DNA of 32,000 nt from Candidatus Midichloria mitochondrii IricVA (GTDB lineage Bacteria; Pseudomonadota; Alphaproteobacteria; Rickettsiales; Midichloriaceae): positions 690,001-722,000 of the forward strand of contig NC_015722.1 in assembly GCF_000219355.1 (NCBI RefSeq), read 5' to 3'. The notes below the pieces were generated by a model. It was not told where the DNA came from, did no database searches, and saw only the letters and a list, made by a program, of their open reading frames with translations. Numbering within the stretch: the stretch's first letter is position 1; every line of letters starts with the position of its first letter. Of the stretch, positions 8,374 to 16,343 are shown piece after piece. Both the position numbers and the translations under genes were made by a program.

Positions 8374-9160
8374 TCAGTAGCATTGCTTGTGCACCTCCGC
8401 CACTAAGGTTTGGATCATGCGGTAAATCACCAAGTCATTTGAAGGCTGGTTATTCTTAACCTGCTTCATATATCCAGCCACATCAACCATTTCTCCGTTG
8501 CAAACTTGTTGTTCTGTCTTATGTATATGCCTTTTATAAATCAATCCTGCTGCGAGACCGGTCACTAATGCCCCACCCACTACCCCTTCGATTGCTGCTA
8601 TTTTATAGCGGTTGAAGAGCTATCACCACTACTTGCTGCTACTTCTCCTTCGGGGTTGTAGGATTGGTAGTAGAAGTAGTGGTAGTGGAGCTGGTTGTTG
8701 TGCTCGTAGTTGGTTCGGCTGTTAAAGTTGTGGTTGACGTAGCGGTTGTTGGCGTTGTGGTAGTTAGAGGGGCGAGAGATTTAGTAGTGTAACTTTTTTG
8801 GGTTTTGGTGTGTGGGGGGAACTGCATGGCCATTAGCTGGTGATGCGCCCACCACCACTATATCAAGGCATACCATCCCCATTAAAATCTCCCATAACCG
8901 CATCTCCGCCGTAACTGTGGGTTGAGTGATAAATATCATAATTGTGTTGCGCGCCAATACGATAACATGCCGCCATATCGGAGGCGGCATCACCGTTACC
9001 TAACAATATAGCAACTCTATCCCTACTACCCCCCCCCAACAACCCGAGAAAAAGTTACACCTATATCTTGCTTACTATCTTGGTTAAAGTCAGATACTCT
9101 TATGCTTACAGGCCTATACGATAACGTATAAATTACCGATGCTGCCAAAAACCACATTTT
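8374..9160 (-). pseudogene. decayed FG-GAP/VCBS-repeat surface protein with a Thr-rich linker and C-terminal TM anchor
   Basis: Reverse-strand frames give IRVSDFNQDSKQDIGVTF...VAILLGNGDAASD... and GGDAVMGDFNGDGMP*, followed by DIVVVGASP, which are FG-GAP repeats. Next comes PLTTTTPTTATSTTTLTAEPTTSTTTSSTTTTSTTNPTTP (ORF 8639-8833). After that comes a TM segment, GGALVTGLAAGLIYKRH (ORF 8374-8580). All three pieces are in different frames. Confidence 0.6.
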
Positions 9161-9623
9161 CCATAATCAAAACCCCTTCAATAAAAGTATATCCTCTGTA
9201 CATAACCAAAACGGCATAAAAAGAGTATATTTTCCTTACGTTCTAAAGCCTCTCAAGCAAAAAGGAGTAATTGGCGCGCTTTTTCATGGTCGTCAATTAC
9301 TGTACACACTCTACAAATATTTACATCAACGCTTTATTCATGCTCAGTATACATACCTAGTTATTAATTTTTAAAAGTTAACTTGAAAAATAACCCCCTA
9401 TTAGCCAAGTTTCACCTCGTCTTTGAAATTTCGGGCCATTTTTTACTATAAAGTAATCCAACATTCTATATAAATACAGAGTATATTGATTCCTTACCTT
9501 CAACTTGCTGTAGGCCTTACTAAGCCCCAAACAACAATTTTTAAAAATAATTTTTTTTAGCCTTGCATTATTTAACTGCCACACTATATAATACACCATG
9601 AAGGTAATCCATTAGAGGTTTGT

Positions 9624-10490
9624 ATGTCCGCAAATAATTTAATAGCTTTAAACAGTGAGGTTGGCTTGACCAAGTATTTAAGGCAAATTAAAGCCATCCC
9701 CATGCTTTCGGAAGAGGAGGAATATTCTCTTTCTAGAAAATGGGTTGATGAAGCTGATATTGAAGCAGCCCAAAAGCTTGTTCTGTCACATATGAAATTA
9801 GTTGTGAAGGTAGCTCAAAAATTTAAGGGTTATGGCTTGCCAATGATGGACTTGATTTCTGAGGGCAATATAGGACTGATGAGGGCTGTCAAAAAATTTA
9901 ATCCGGAAATGGGGTACCGTCTTGCTACTTATGCTATTTGGTGGATAAAAGCTACAATTCAGGATTACATCTTAAAATCTTGGTCGATGGTAAAGATTGG
10001 AACTTCAGCCATACAAAAAAAATTATTCTTTAATTTGAAGAAAGTTAAACAAAACTTGCTCAAATCCGAGCTCCATGAATCAGCTGATATCAACACCTTG
10101 GCAGCAGAAAAGTTAGGCGTCTCTAAATCAAGAGTTGAGGATATGAGCCGCAGCATGTCCGGAGAAATGATTTCTCTACATGAAAGCATTGGCGACGATG
10201 ATGACAATAGTTCTGAACTTTTAGACTTTATTGCTTCCAGCGAAAACGCTGAAGAAACAGTGATAGAGCTGCACGATAAAAATATCATGTTAGAAAAGTT
10301 AGCAGCTTCAGTTGATAAGCTCTCCGAAAGAGAAAGAGAAATTATCAAAGCGAGAAGATTAAGCGATGAGCCGGAAACTTTAGAAAATTTAAGTGCTGTA
10401 TACGGCGTTTCCAGAGAAAGAATCAGGCAAATTGAAGAAAGAGCCATGGATAAACTCAAAGGCTATCTTGGAGCTTACGCCCTTAACTGA
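9624..10490 (+). CDS. rpoH: RNA polymerase sigma-32 (heat-shock sigma factor RpoH)
   Basis: The 288-aa ORF has sigma70 region 2 (DLISEGNIGLMRAVKKFNPEMGYRLATYAIWWIKATIQDYILKSW). It has the RpoH box (SAIQKKLFFNLKKVK). It also has a region 4 HTH (LENLSAVYGVSRERIRQIEERAMDKL). Confidence 0.93.
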   Translation: MSANNLIALNSEVGLTKYLRQIKAIPMLSEEEEYSLSRKWVDEADIEAAQKLVLSHMKLVVKVAQKFKGYGLPMMDLISEGNIGLMRAVKKFNPEMGYRLATYAIWWIKATIQDYILKSWSMVKIGTSAIQKKLFFNLKKVKQNLLKSELHESADINTLAAEKLGVSKSRVEDMSRSMSGEMISLHESIGDDDDNSSELLDFIASSENAEETVIELHDKNIMLEKLAASVDKLSEREREIIKARRLSDEPETLENLSAVYGVSRERIRQIEERAMDKLKGYLGAYALN

Positions 10491-10550
10491 CCGAAACTTG
10501 GATCTGTTTAAAGCCTATTGAGCCATCTCTAACTGCTGGCTTTCAGATAG

Positions 10551-11366
10551 TCATTTGAAATAATCAGACTTAATAGAAGTGATAATGTTGCCCCAATTCT
10601 TAGGCCCAGGGCCGTGTATAGAAGTGGCCTTTTGCTCGGACCATTTATGCTCCACTTCCTCTGTTTTTTTCAAAAATTGAGAAGATAAAGTAGAAATTTG
10701 CGAATCTGTAATAGATATAATGTTAAACTTGCAAACGCTATTCACCCAAGTGGTGGTATTAGAAAAGTAAGTAAGCGCCTGCTCAAGTTTATAACCGCCA
10801 GTGCTACTTAGGCCTGATATTTCTTTTGAAAGACACAAAATTTGAAAATATCTAGCGAAAAGCTCGGACGGCTTTTGGTCTTCAGGATATAACTTTAACT
10901 CAGTAAAAAAAATCTGTTCTACAACTTGCTTTAAACCGATCGATGTGGGAGCCTCTCCTAAATCATCCGAGATTAAACCCATAAATTCTTGTAAGTTTAT
11001 CATAACTTCCTTTTCAATCACATGCGCCATTTCATGAATTATCACATCGTAGCTTAATTTTTTAATAGTAATTTGATATTTATTCCTACTTCTAATTCGG
11101 TTGAATAATTGATTTATTGAGTTGCCATAAATTGTTTTGCAGTTACCTGCATCCAAATCAAAAAACCTTTGGTCACATAATTTAAAAGATAAAAGTTTTT
11201 CAGAGATTTCTGTAGCCGTTAAATCTAGTATTAGTTGAAAAATTTGGTATTGGTATAGATGCTTAACCATCAACAAAAACTGTTCAAGCATTTCAGGAGC
11301 TGGATTACTACACGCAATCTCAAATAGCTTTAAGGGATTTTTTTCTTCAGATATTGGGACAGGCAT
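10551..11366 (-). CDS. hypothetical protein with an HExxH zincin-like motif (possible minimal gluzincin metallopeptidase)
   Basis: This intact 271-aa ORF is the last gene of a co-directional cluster. It carries VIIHEMAHVIEKE plus, ~55 aa downstream, PSELFARYFQ, a possible third-ligand Glu as in E.FA..F gluzincins. No signal peptide is evident and I recognise no family. Confidence 0.6.
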   Translation of the reverse strand: MPVPISEEKNPLKLFEIACSNPAPEMLEQFLLMVKHLYQYQIFQLILDLTATEISEKLLSFKLCDQRFFDLDAGNCKTIYGNSINQLFNRIRSRNKYQITIKKLSYDVIIHEMAHVIEKEVMINLQEFMGLISDDLGEAPTSIGLKQVVEQIFFTELKLYPEDQKPSELFARYFQILCLSKEISGLSSTGGYKLEQALTYFSNTTTWVNSVCKFNIISITDSQISTLSSQFLKKTEEVEHKWSEQKATSIHGPGPKNWGNIITSIKSDYFK

Positions 11367-11369
11367 ATG

Positions 11370-11920
11370 TTACTTAATCAATATTTTTTCAACGCGATTA
11401 TTACTTAAGATAGAAGGGGGTAATTGCTGCAAGTTGAATGCAAAATTACAATTCGTTGAAATAACCATTTTTACGTTCATGTTAGCATTCGCTTTCATAA
11501 TTGCAAGTTTCCTCAATTGCGACGCCAACAATTGCCGATATATGCCTTTGATCGAAATCAAAACTCGTTATTTTAGCTGTAAAAGCATATTGTAGAGGAG
11601 CAGAGACTATATTATATAAATGCTCTATATATTGAGTCTTGTTTAGTTTATAAACCCTTTCTGCTTTTACGGTAGAACTATCATCACTATCTAATAATAT
11701 GCTATTCTTTTGAAAAATTGCGTTATCATCAGCATAATAATCTATGAAATTACTAATTAGTTTTTTCCGCCTTAAGTTCATTGCCGAGGAAAGTTGAGAG
11801 AGTAAATTGCTAACTCCATTTTTTAAGTTCTCCTACCTTAGTCGAATTGCTGTAAGAATAATTTACTTTTACAAAGAAACCAAGAAACAATACACTGAGA
11901 ACAAGATACTTTCTCTCCAT
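11370..11920 (-). pseudogene. small predicted exported protein, interrupted by 1-2 frameshifts
   Basis: The ATG at 11918-11920 opens MERKYLVLSVLFLGFFVKVNYSYSNSTKVGELKK, a signal-peptide-like N-terminus, and meets a stop after an A6 run (+ strand T6 at 11819-11824). The +1 frame continues NGVSNLLSQLSSAMNLRRKKLISNFIDYYADDNAIFQ... (ORF 11482-11781). A third frame (ORF 11370-11561) supplies the C-terminus. Confidence 0.45.
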
Positions 11921-11978
11921 ATTTTTTTATATAATTAGTATATTTTTTTCACAAACCATCCACCCACAACAGACACCT

Positions 11979-13169
11979 TTATTGAGTGATCTTTGCTTTC
12001 AATAAATTTAATTTAAGCGGTCTTCTAACTATATTAATATCCTCACAGCGATTCAATATATTATTTTCAATTATTGAACTTTTAATGATTTTCTCTAGGC
12101 TCTCTATTATTTTGTAAATAAGACATTCATGACTCGTCAGCATGAGCATATTAGGATCTTTACTTAGAGTATACTTTGAAGCTTGATTTGCTTCATTTAA
12201 GTTACTGTGATCTAGCTGCTGAGAGTTATGATGTATTTCTCCAAAGCTTTTAATATCACTTTGAGCTTTTTTTTCTTCTTCGTGTATGTGGTCAGCGATA
12301 ATTTTGTTTTCTATCTCTTTAATTATTGATGAAACCTCATCCCGCCACTGTTTGCCATATAACTTCTGCAAGATCTTCTGATTTTCCTTGGTAAATAATT
12401 GGTTTAGATCAATTTTATAAAAATTTGAAAACAATCTCTTTTCTAAGTCTTCAGTAGCTTTGTTATTCTGGCACGTAAACCATTCATCTTGGGGTATTTC
12501 TTTATTTGGAATCGCAATAATCTTTGTTATGCTAGTATAGTAATCTACCAGATTTTTTAACAAATCTTGCTTACTAAATTGTTTAATGATATTTCTGCTT
12601 CCAGAGCTACTTAACAGTTCTTCATTTGTAAATGTAGTAGAAATAGCTTCATTAATTTTACTAGATAACTTAATTTTCTCTTTTACTTCTCTTAAGATTG
12701 AGCTCCCCTCCAGAATCTTTTTCTGATCAAGTTCATTAATAAAATTCATTACTAACGCTAAGTCATTAATAGCTCCTATTTGCTGAAGTGAAAACTCATT
12801 ATATCCGCTCTCTTGATAACTTGAAATGCAATTCAGTACGTTTTTTAGTTCTTCTAAAGATGGGCAAAAATTATAATGCCTGGTACAGTGAGTGAAGAGA
12901 TTTATTAATATAACCGTTGAGATATGGATATTGTCATATCTATACCCGTCTGGATATTTAATAATTTCAGTAGTAATCTTGTGTAAGTTTTCATTAGCAA
13001 TGCTTTGTACTAAAAAATTTTGCACATTAAGAATTTCTTCAGTAGTGAATGCTTCTTTAGAATTTAATACTTTTTCTAAATCGTGGACCGATTTTAGTTC
13101 AAAGAAATTCACAATTTCATCAGTTTCATATGAAACTTTCATCTTAAGAGGTGGATTAGTCGCAGCCAT
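11979..13169 (-). CDS. hypothetical protein (396 aa, predicted mostly helical, no recognised domain)
   Basis: The ORF is long and uninterrupted in an AT-rich, stop-rich background, and lies 15 nt downstream of the preceding co-directional ORF. I could not identify any Walker, HxH or other catalytic motif. Confidence 0.7.
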   Translation of the reverse strand: MAATNPPLKMKVSYETDEIVNFFELKSVHDLEKVLNSKEAFTTEEILNVQNFLVQSIANENLHKITTEIIKYPDGYRYDNIHISTVILINLFTHCTRHYNFCPSLEELKNVLNCISSYQESGYNEFSLQQIGAINDLALVMNFINELDQKKILEGSSILREVKEKIKLSSKINEAISTTFTNEELLSSSGSRNIIKQFSKQDLLKNLVDYYTSITKIIAIPNKEIPQDEWFTCQNNKATEDLEKRLFSNFYKIDLNQLFTKENQKILQKLYGKQWRDEVSSIIKEIENKIIADHIHEEEKKAQSDIKSFGEIHHNSQQLDHSNLNEANQASKYTLSKDPNMLMLTSHECLIYKIIESLEKIIKSSIIENNILNRCEDINIVRRPLKLNLLKAKITQ

Positions 13170-13184
13170 AATATTTTTTTGTCT

Positions 13185-13550
13185 TTAATTAGTTAAATAA
13201 GTTTGATTCATCAGTTTGAACAAAACTAAATCTTTTATACTTTCTAAGTAATAAGGTATATTTGTATTGCTAATATCTTCCTGTAAAAGCATATTAATAA
13301 CATTTTGAATAATCTGAAATTGCAAATAATTTCTGATATCATTATATTTTTCTAGATAAATCTTATAAGGAATAAAATTTACTATATAAGAAGTTATTAT
13401 ACGCAGTTGACTTGAGTTAATATTTAAAAAGGCAAGTAGATAATCCTCACTTTTTTCGTAAGTATAGCCTTTGCTAGTGATGACTTTATAAGCTATTTCG
13501 TTAGTGATCCTTACAATGCTAGATACAAATTTTTCATTTTCATAGTGCAT
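13185..13550 (-). CDS. hypothetical protein (121 aa), first gene of the ORFan cluster
   Basis: The ORF is intact, preceded by a 174-nt AT-rich intergenic region and tightly followed by the 396-aa ORF. No motif was recognised. Confidence 0.55.
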   Translation of the reverse strand: MHYENEKFVSSIVRITNEIAYKVITSKGYTYEKSEDYLLAFLNINSSQLRIITSYIVNFIPYKIYLEKYNDIRNYLQFQIIQNVINMLLQEDISNTNIPYYLESIKDLVLFKLMNQTYLTN

Positions 13551-13724
13551 ATTTTTCCAGAAATAAGTTTGAAAAGTAAAATAAATTTAATATAAAAGTT
13601 CACTATAAAAAAGCACAAATACACCCATAAGTTGTAAAAAATTTATTGACTTAATTAATACATGATAATTTTCTAAGCAATACCCTTCATTACTTGAAAA
13701 ATATAATAAATATTTAGAAGCGGT

Positions 13725-14222
13725 TTATTTACTGTGTTCTAAAGTGAAAACTATTAACTTCCTCTTTAGCTCATCAAGCGCATCATCCAATAATTGCACC
13801 GATAATTTTTCTTCAGAGATAAAATCAGAGAAAGTTGATTTCGATAAAGGTTTGGTATCTATCTGTAAAATTTGATCCGCTCCAATAATCTTTTTATTCC
13901 TTATTATTTCATATTTTAACCTTAAGGAAATTTTATCGCGCATAGATACGCTATCACTCCTTATTGAAATTGCCTCTCTTGAGAAAAGCACACTAACCTC
14001 AGCCAAATATTTTTTCTTATGACCATAATTTTCAATAAGAGAATTAATTTTTTCAGCCGCTTCATAAGTTAATATTTGGCTACAGTTTTTACATTCTTTA
14101 AATACGACTTCAAAATCATTCAACCTATAGCATGCATTCAATTTCTTACCTTTAGTTGCCTCAAGCGAGGAGCAATTCACTGTAAATAACAGTATTCCTA
14201 GGATTATTTGAAATTTCATCAT
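13725..14222 (-). CDS. lipoprotein, possibly LptE-like (LPS-assembly lipoprotein)
   Basis: Starting from the internal ATG (14220-14222) gives MMKFQIILGILLFTVNC, i.e. a signal peptide plus lipobox Cys. The C-terminal two thirds read KYLAEVSVLFSREAISIRSDSVSMRDKISLRLKYEIIRNKKIIGADQILQIDTKPLSKSTFSDFISEEKLSVQLLDDALDELKRKL. That follows the alternating pattern I associate with LptE/RlpB. The product call is tentative. Confidence 0.45.
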   Translation of the reverse strand: MMKFQIILGILLFTVNCSSLEATKGKKLNACYRLNDFEVVFKECKNCSQILTYEAAEKINSLIENYGHKKKYLAEVSVLFSREAISIRSDSVSMRDKISLRLKYEIIRNKKIIGADQILQIDTKPLSKSTFSDFISEEKLSVQLLDDALDELKRKLIVFTLEHSK

Positions 14223-14304
14223 ATTTTGTTTATAAAACTTAAGTTGCAATTAAAAAAACCTTATGACAGTATTCAATTATCTAATTTTTTTACCGCTTTA
14301 CAAC

Positions 14305-14868
14305 ATGAAATCTAAAACTGACAATAAATCAAATATGAAAAATACCTCAGGAGAAATATCTGATATTCGCGAAAAAGATGACATTTTTAAGACTGCAGAC
14401 GAAGGATCTCGTACTATTAGTAAAAAGCCGTTAATGCTTGCGGTATTACTGATATTATCTACTGCTGCAGTTGGTTTTGTATATTATAAGAAGAATAATT
14501 CCAATCCCGTGGAAAATAACCAACAAAAAAATAATTCTACCGCATCGCAATCAGGAGTTGACGAAGTAATTTTTCAAGATTTAGATGAAATGGTAGTAAA
14601 CCTTGACAGCAAAGGTAAAGAAAATAACTTTTTAAAATTAAAAATCACTTTAGAAGTACATGATAAGGAGAGTTTAGAGGTTATAAAAAAAATGATGCCG
14701 AAGCTTAATGATGTACTACTAGTGTATTTAAAAACGTTAAAGCCGAGCGACATTAAAGGTTCCATAGGGATTTATCGCTTAAGAGAGGAGCTGATGGTTA
14801 GGTTTAACAAAATAATAGCGCCAGCCCAAATTAACGATGTGTTATTTAAAGATTTTATTATGCAATAG
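14305..14868 (+). CDS. fliL: flagellar basal-body-associated protein FliL
   Basis: The protein has a single N-terminal TM segment (LMLAVLLILSTAAVGFVYY). It then has the FliL core: VIFQDLDEMVVNLDSKGKENNFLKLKITLEVHDKESLEVIKKMMPKLNDVLLVYLKTLKPSDIKGSIGIYRLREELMVRFNKII. The start is placed at the ATG at 14305 rather than 14263, to leave room for the divergent promoter region. Confidence 0.8.
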   Translation: MKSKTDNKSNMKNTSGEISDIREKDDIFKTADEGSRTISKKPLMLAVLLILSTAAVGFVYYKKNNSNPVENNQQKNNSTASQSGVDEVIFQDLDEMVVNLDSKGKENNFLKLKITLEVHDKESLEVIKKMMPKLNDVLLVYLKTLKPSDIKGSIGIYRLREELMVRFNKIIAPAQINDVLFKDFIMQ

Positions 14869-14877
14869 GTTCTTAAA

Positions 14878-15822
14878 ATGAAGAAACAACAGGATGATAA
14901 TTTAAAAGATAATGCTTCTAGGACGGGCGTAAGCTCTCTTGTCGATCAAGGCTCAAGAGCGTTATTTAAATTCCCTATGTTAGATGTGATTTATGATAAA
15001 TTCATTGAAATCATAGCCTTACCATTTAGAGAAGCATTAAATGCTGAAGTATTGCTTGAAACTGAATTTATCAAATCATTAAAATTCTCTGACTACATCC
15101 AAAACGAAAAGAGCGGTTCCGTTTTTTGTATAGGAAAGGCTAATGAACTAAGTGGCCATTTTATGCTCAATTTATCCCCAGACATAGTGTTTCTATTCCT
15201 TTCTATACTATTGGGCGGTAACAAAAAGCCGGAAGGCATTATTAAATCTGATATTAGACCATTTACTGCTATTGAGATGGAAATAATAAAATACATGTTA
15301 AATATTATTTTTAAGAATTTTAACTATGCATTCTCTACCGTTACCCCTTTTCGCTCTGAAATTGAAAGAATTGAAATCGATAAAAATACGATTAAAATCG
15401 CTAAAAATGAGGAAGCAGTAGGACGCATCAGAACTAATCTAAAGATTAACTCAGCCTGGGGTTATTTTGATATCGTTTTCCCTTATAACAGCTTGGAATC
15501 AGTAAAAAAGGTATTATCGCAGTCATTTTTAGAAGATAAAATCTCTCAAGACCCTATTTGGTTTGATCATTTCGAAAAAGAGCTAAAAAATACGAAAGTT
15601 AAGTTAGAACTGATTTTAGATGGAGCAGCTTCTAAAATATCAGAGTTATTGAATTTAAAAGTCGGTAACACCGTAGTTTTGGATAAACTTGCGGAAGAAC
15701 CGTTATATGTAAGTATAAACGGAGTAAAGGTAACAATGGGCAAATTGGGTAAAGCTGGAGATAAGGTTGCTGTCCAGCTTTTAGATGATATTAACATTGC
15801 GAAATTTAATCATATACTATGA
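14878..15822 (+). CDS. fliM: flagellar motor switch protein FliM
   Basis: The middle domain has LNLSPDIVFLFLSILLGG and RPFTAIEMEIIKYML. The C-terminal FliN/SpoA-like domain reads LNLKVGNTVVLDKLAEEPLYVSINGVKVTMGKLGKAGDKVAVQLL. Confidence 0.85.
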   Translation: MKKQQDDNLKDNASRTGVSSLVDQGSRALFKFPMLDVIYDKFIEIIALPFREALNAEVLLETEFIKSLKFSDYIQNEKSGSVFCIGKANELSGHFMLNLSPDIVFLFLSILLGGNKKPEGIIKSDIRPFTAIEMEIIKYMLNIIFKNFNYAFSTVTPFRSEIERIEIDKNTIKIAKNEEAVGRIRTNLKINSAWGYFDIVFPYNSLESVKKVLSQSFLEDKISQDPIWFDHFEKELKNTKVKLELILDGAASKISELLNLKVGNTVVLDKLAEEPLYVSINGVKVTMGKLGKAGDKVAVQLLDDINIAKFNHIL

Positions 15823-16337
15823 ATTACTTATTAGAAATTATTGTAATCCTTTTACTTGGCATGACGGTGATGTTTTGCTGGCGCCTTAACAGCAAAATTA
15901 CAGAAATAAAAAGTAGTAGAAAGGATATGGCGAGCTTGGTCAAGGTGTTTGACGAAGCTATCATTAACACCAATAACAGCTTAGGGGCACTGAAAGAGGC
16001 TTCAGCTAATGCGGCTGTAGATTTAAAAAAATACACGATTAAATCTAATGAATTAATCAGCGAATTAGCCTTTATGAATGATACCGCAGTACGTTTAGCT
16101 GACCGGTTAGAGAATGTGTTATTTGAAGCGAAAGATATTGAAACAAGATGCCTCCTATTAATAGAAAAAGCAGCAGCGATTAAAAAACCAGCTAAGAGAA
16201 AAGTTCGCAGGAAGGTTACGAAAAATGAAGAAAAAAAAGTAACTCCATTAAAACTAAGGGATAAGAAAGCTAAGGAAAATGTTAGTGAAACTATTTATAG
16301 TTCATTAGCGAAGAAAGAAATTGCAAATAGGAAATAA
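15819..16337 (+). CDS. flagellar-cluster membrane protein, DUF6468-like
   Basis: It overlaps the fliM stop (ATGA). It has an N-terminal TM segment (LLEIIVILLLGMTVMFCW) followed by LNSKITEIKSSRKDMASLVKVFDEAIINTNNSLGALKEAS...LISELAFMNDTAVRLADRLE. This is the pattern found downstream of fliM in other alphaproteobacteria. The tail is Lys-rich. Confidence 0.55.
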   Translation: MNYLLEIIVILLLGMTVMFCWRLNSKITEIKSSRKDMASLVKVFDEAIINTNNSLGALKEASANAAVDLKKYTIKSNELISELAFMNDTAVRLADRLENVLFEAKDIETRCLLLIEKAAAIKKPAKRKVRRKVTKNEEKKVTPLKLRDKKAKENVSETIYSSLAKKEIANRK

Positions 16338-16343
16338 AATTTT

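Noticed and set aside
8639-8833. Repetitive acc/act-rich stretch considered as a tandem repeat or CRISPR-like array
   Set aside because: There is no repeat-spacer periodicity. It is a Thr-rich low-complexity linker of the decayed FG-GAP protein, and the same kind of linker occurs at 30600-30700.
9378-9599. 73-aa reverse-strand ORF upstream of rpoH
   Set aside because: It lies in the AT-rich promoter region of rpoH, has no recognisable features, and probably results from chance absence of stops.
9965-10459. 164-aa reverse-strand ORF inside rpoH. Similar antisense ORFs occur at 234-615, 4251-4484, 3920-4129, 12892-13188, 14574-14765, 15093-15296, 15567-15797, 15824-16036, 16769-17032, 18379-18600, 18768-19103, 24149-24382, 25248-25433, 27283-27812 and 6869-7174.
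   Set aside because: These are shadow ORFs opposite well-supported genes. They have low-complexity, Ser/Leu/Ile-rich translations with no motifs.
10491-10550. AAAGCC...GGCTTT pairing between the convergent rpoH and HExxH genes, considered as a bidirectional terminator
   Set aside because: The stem is 6 bp with a ~22-nt loop and no flanking U/A tracts, which does not meet usual intrinsic-terminator criteria.
14223-14304. Possible sigma54 (-24/-12) promoter upstream of fliL because of a TTGCA at 14243-14247
   Set aside because: There is no GG element at the required -24 spacing (the upstream bases are ttata), so the TTGCA is probably incidental in AT-rich DNA.
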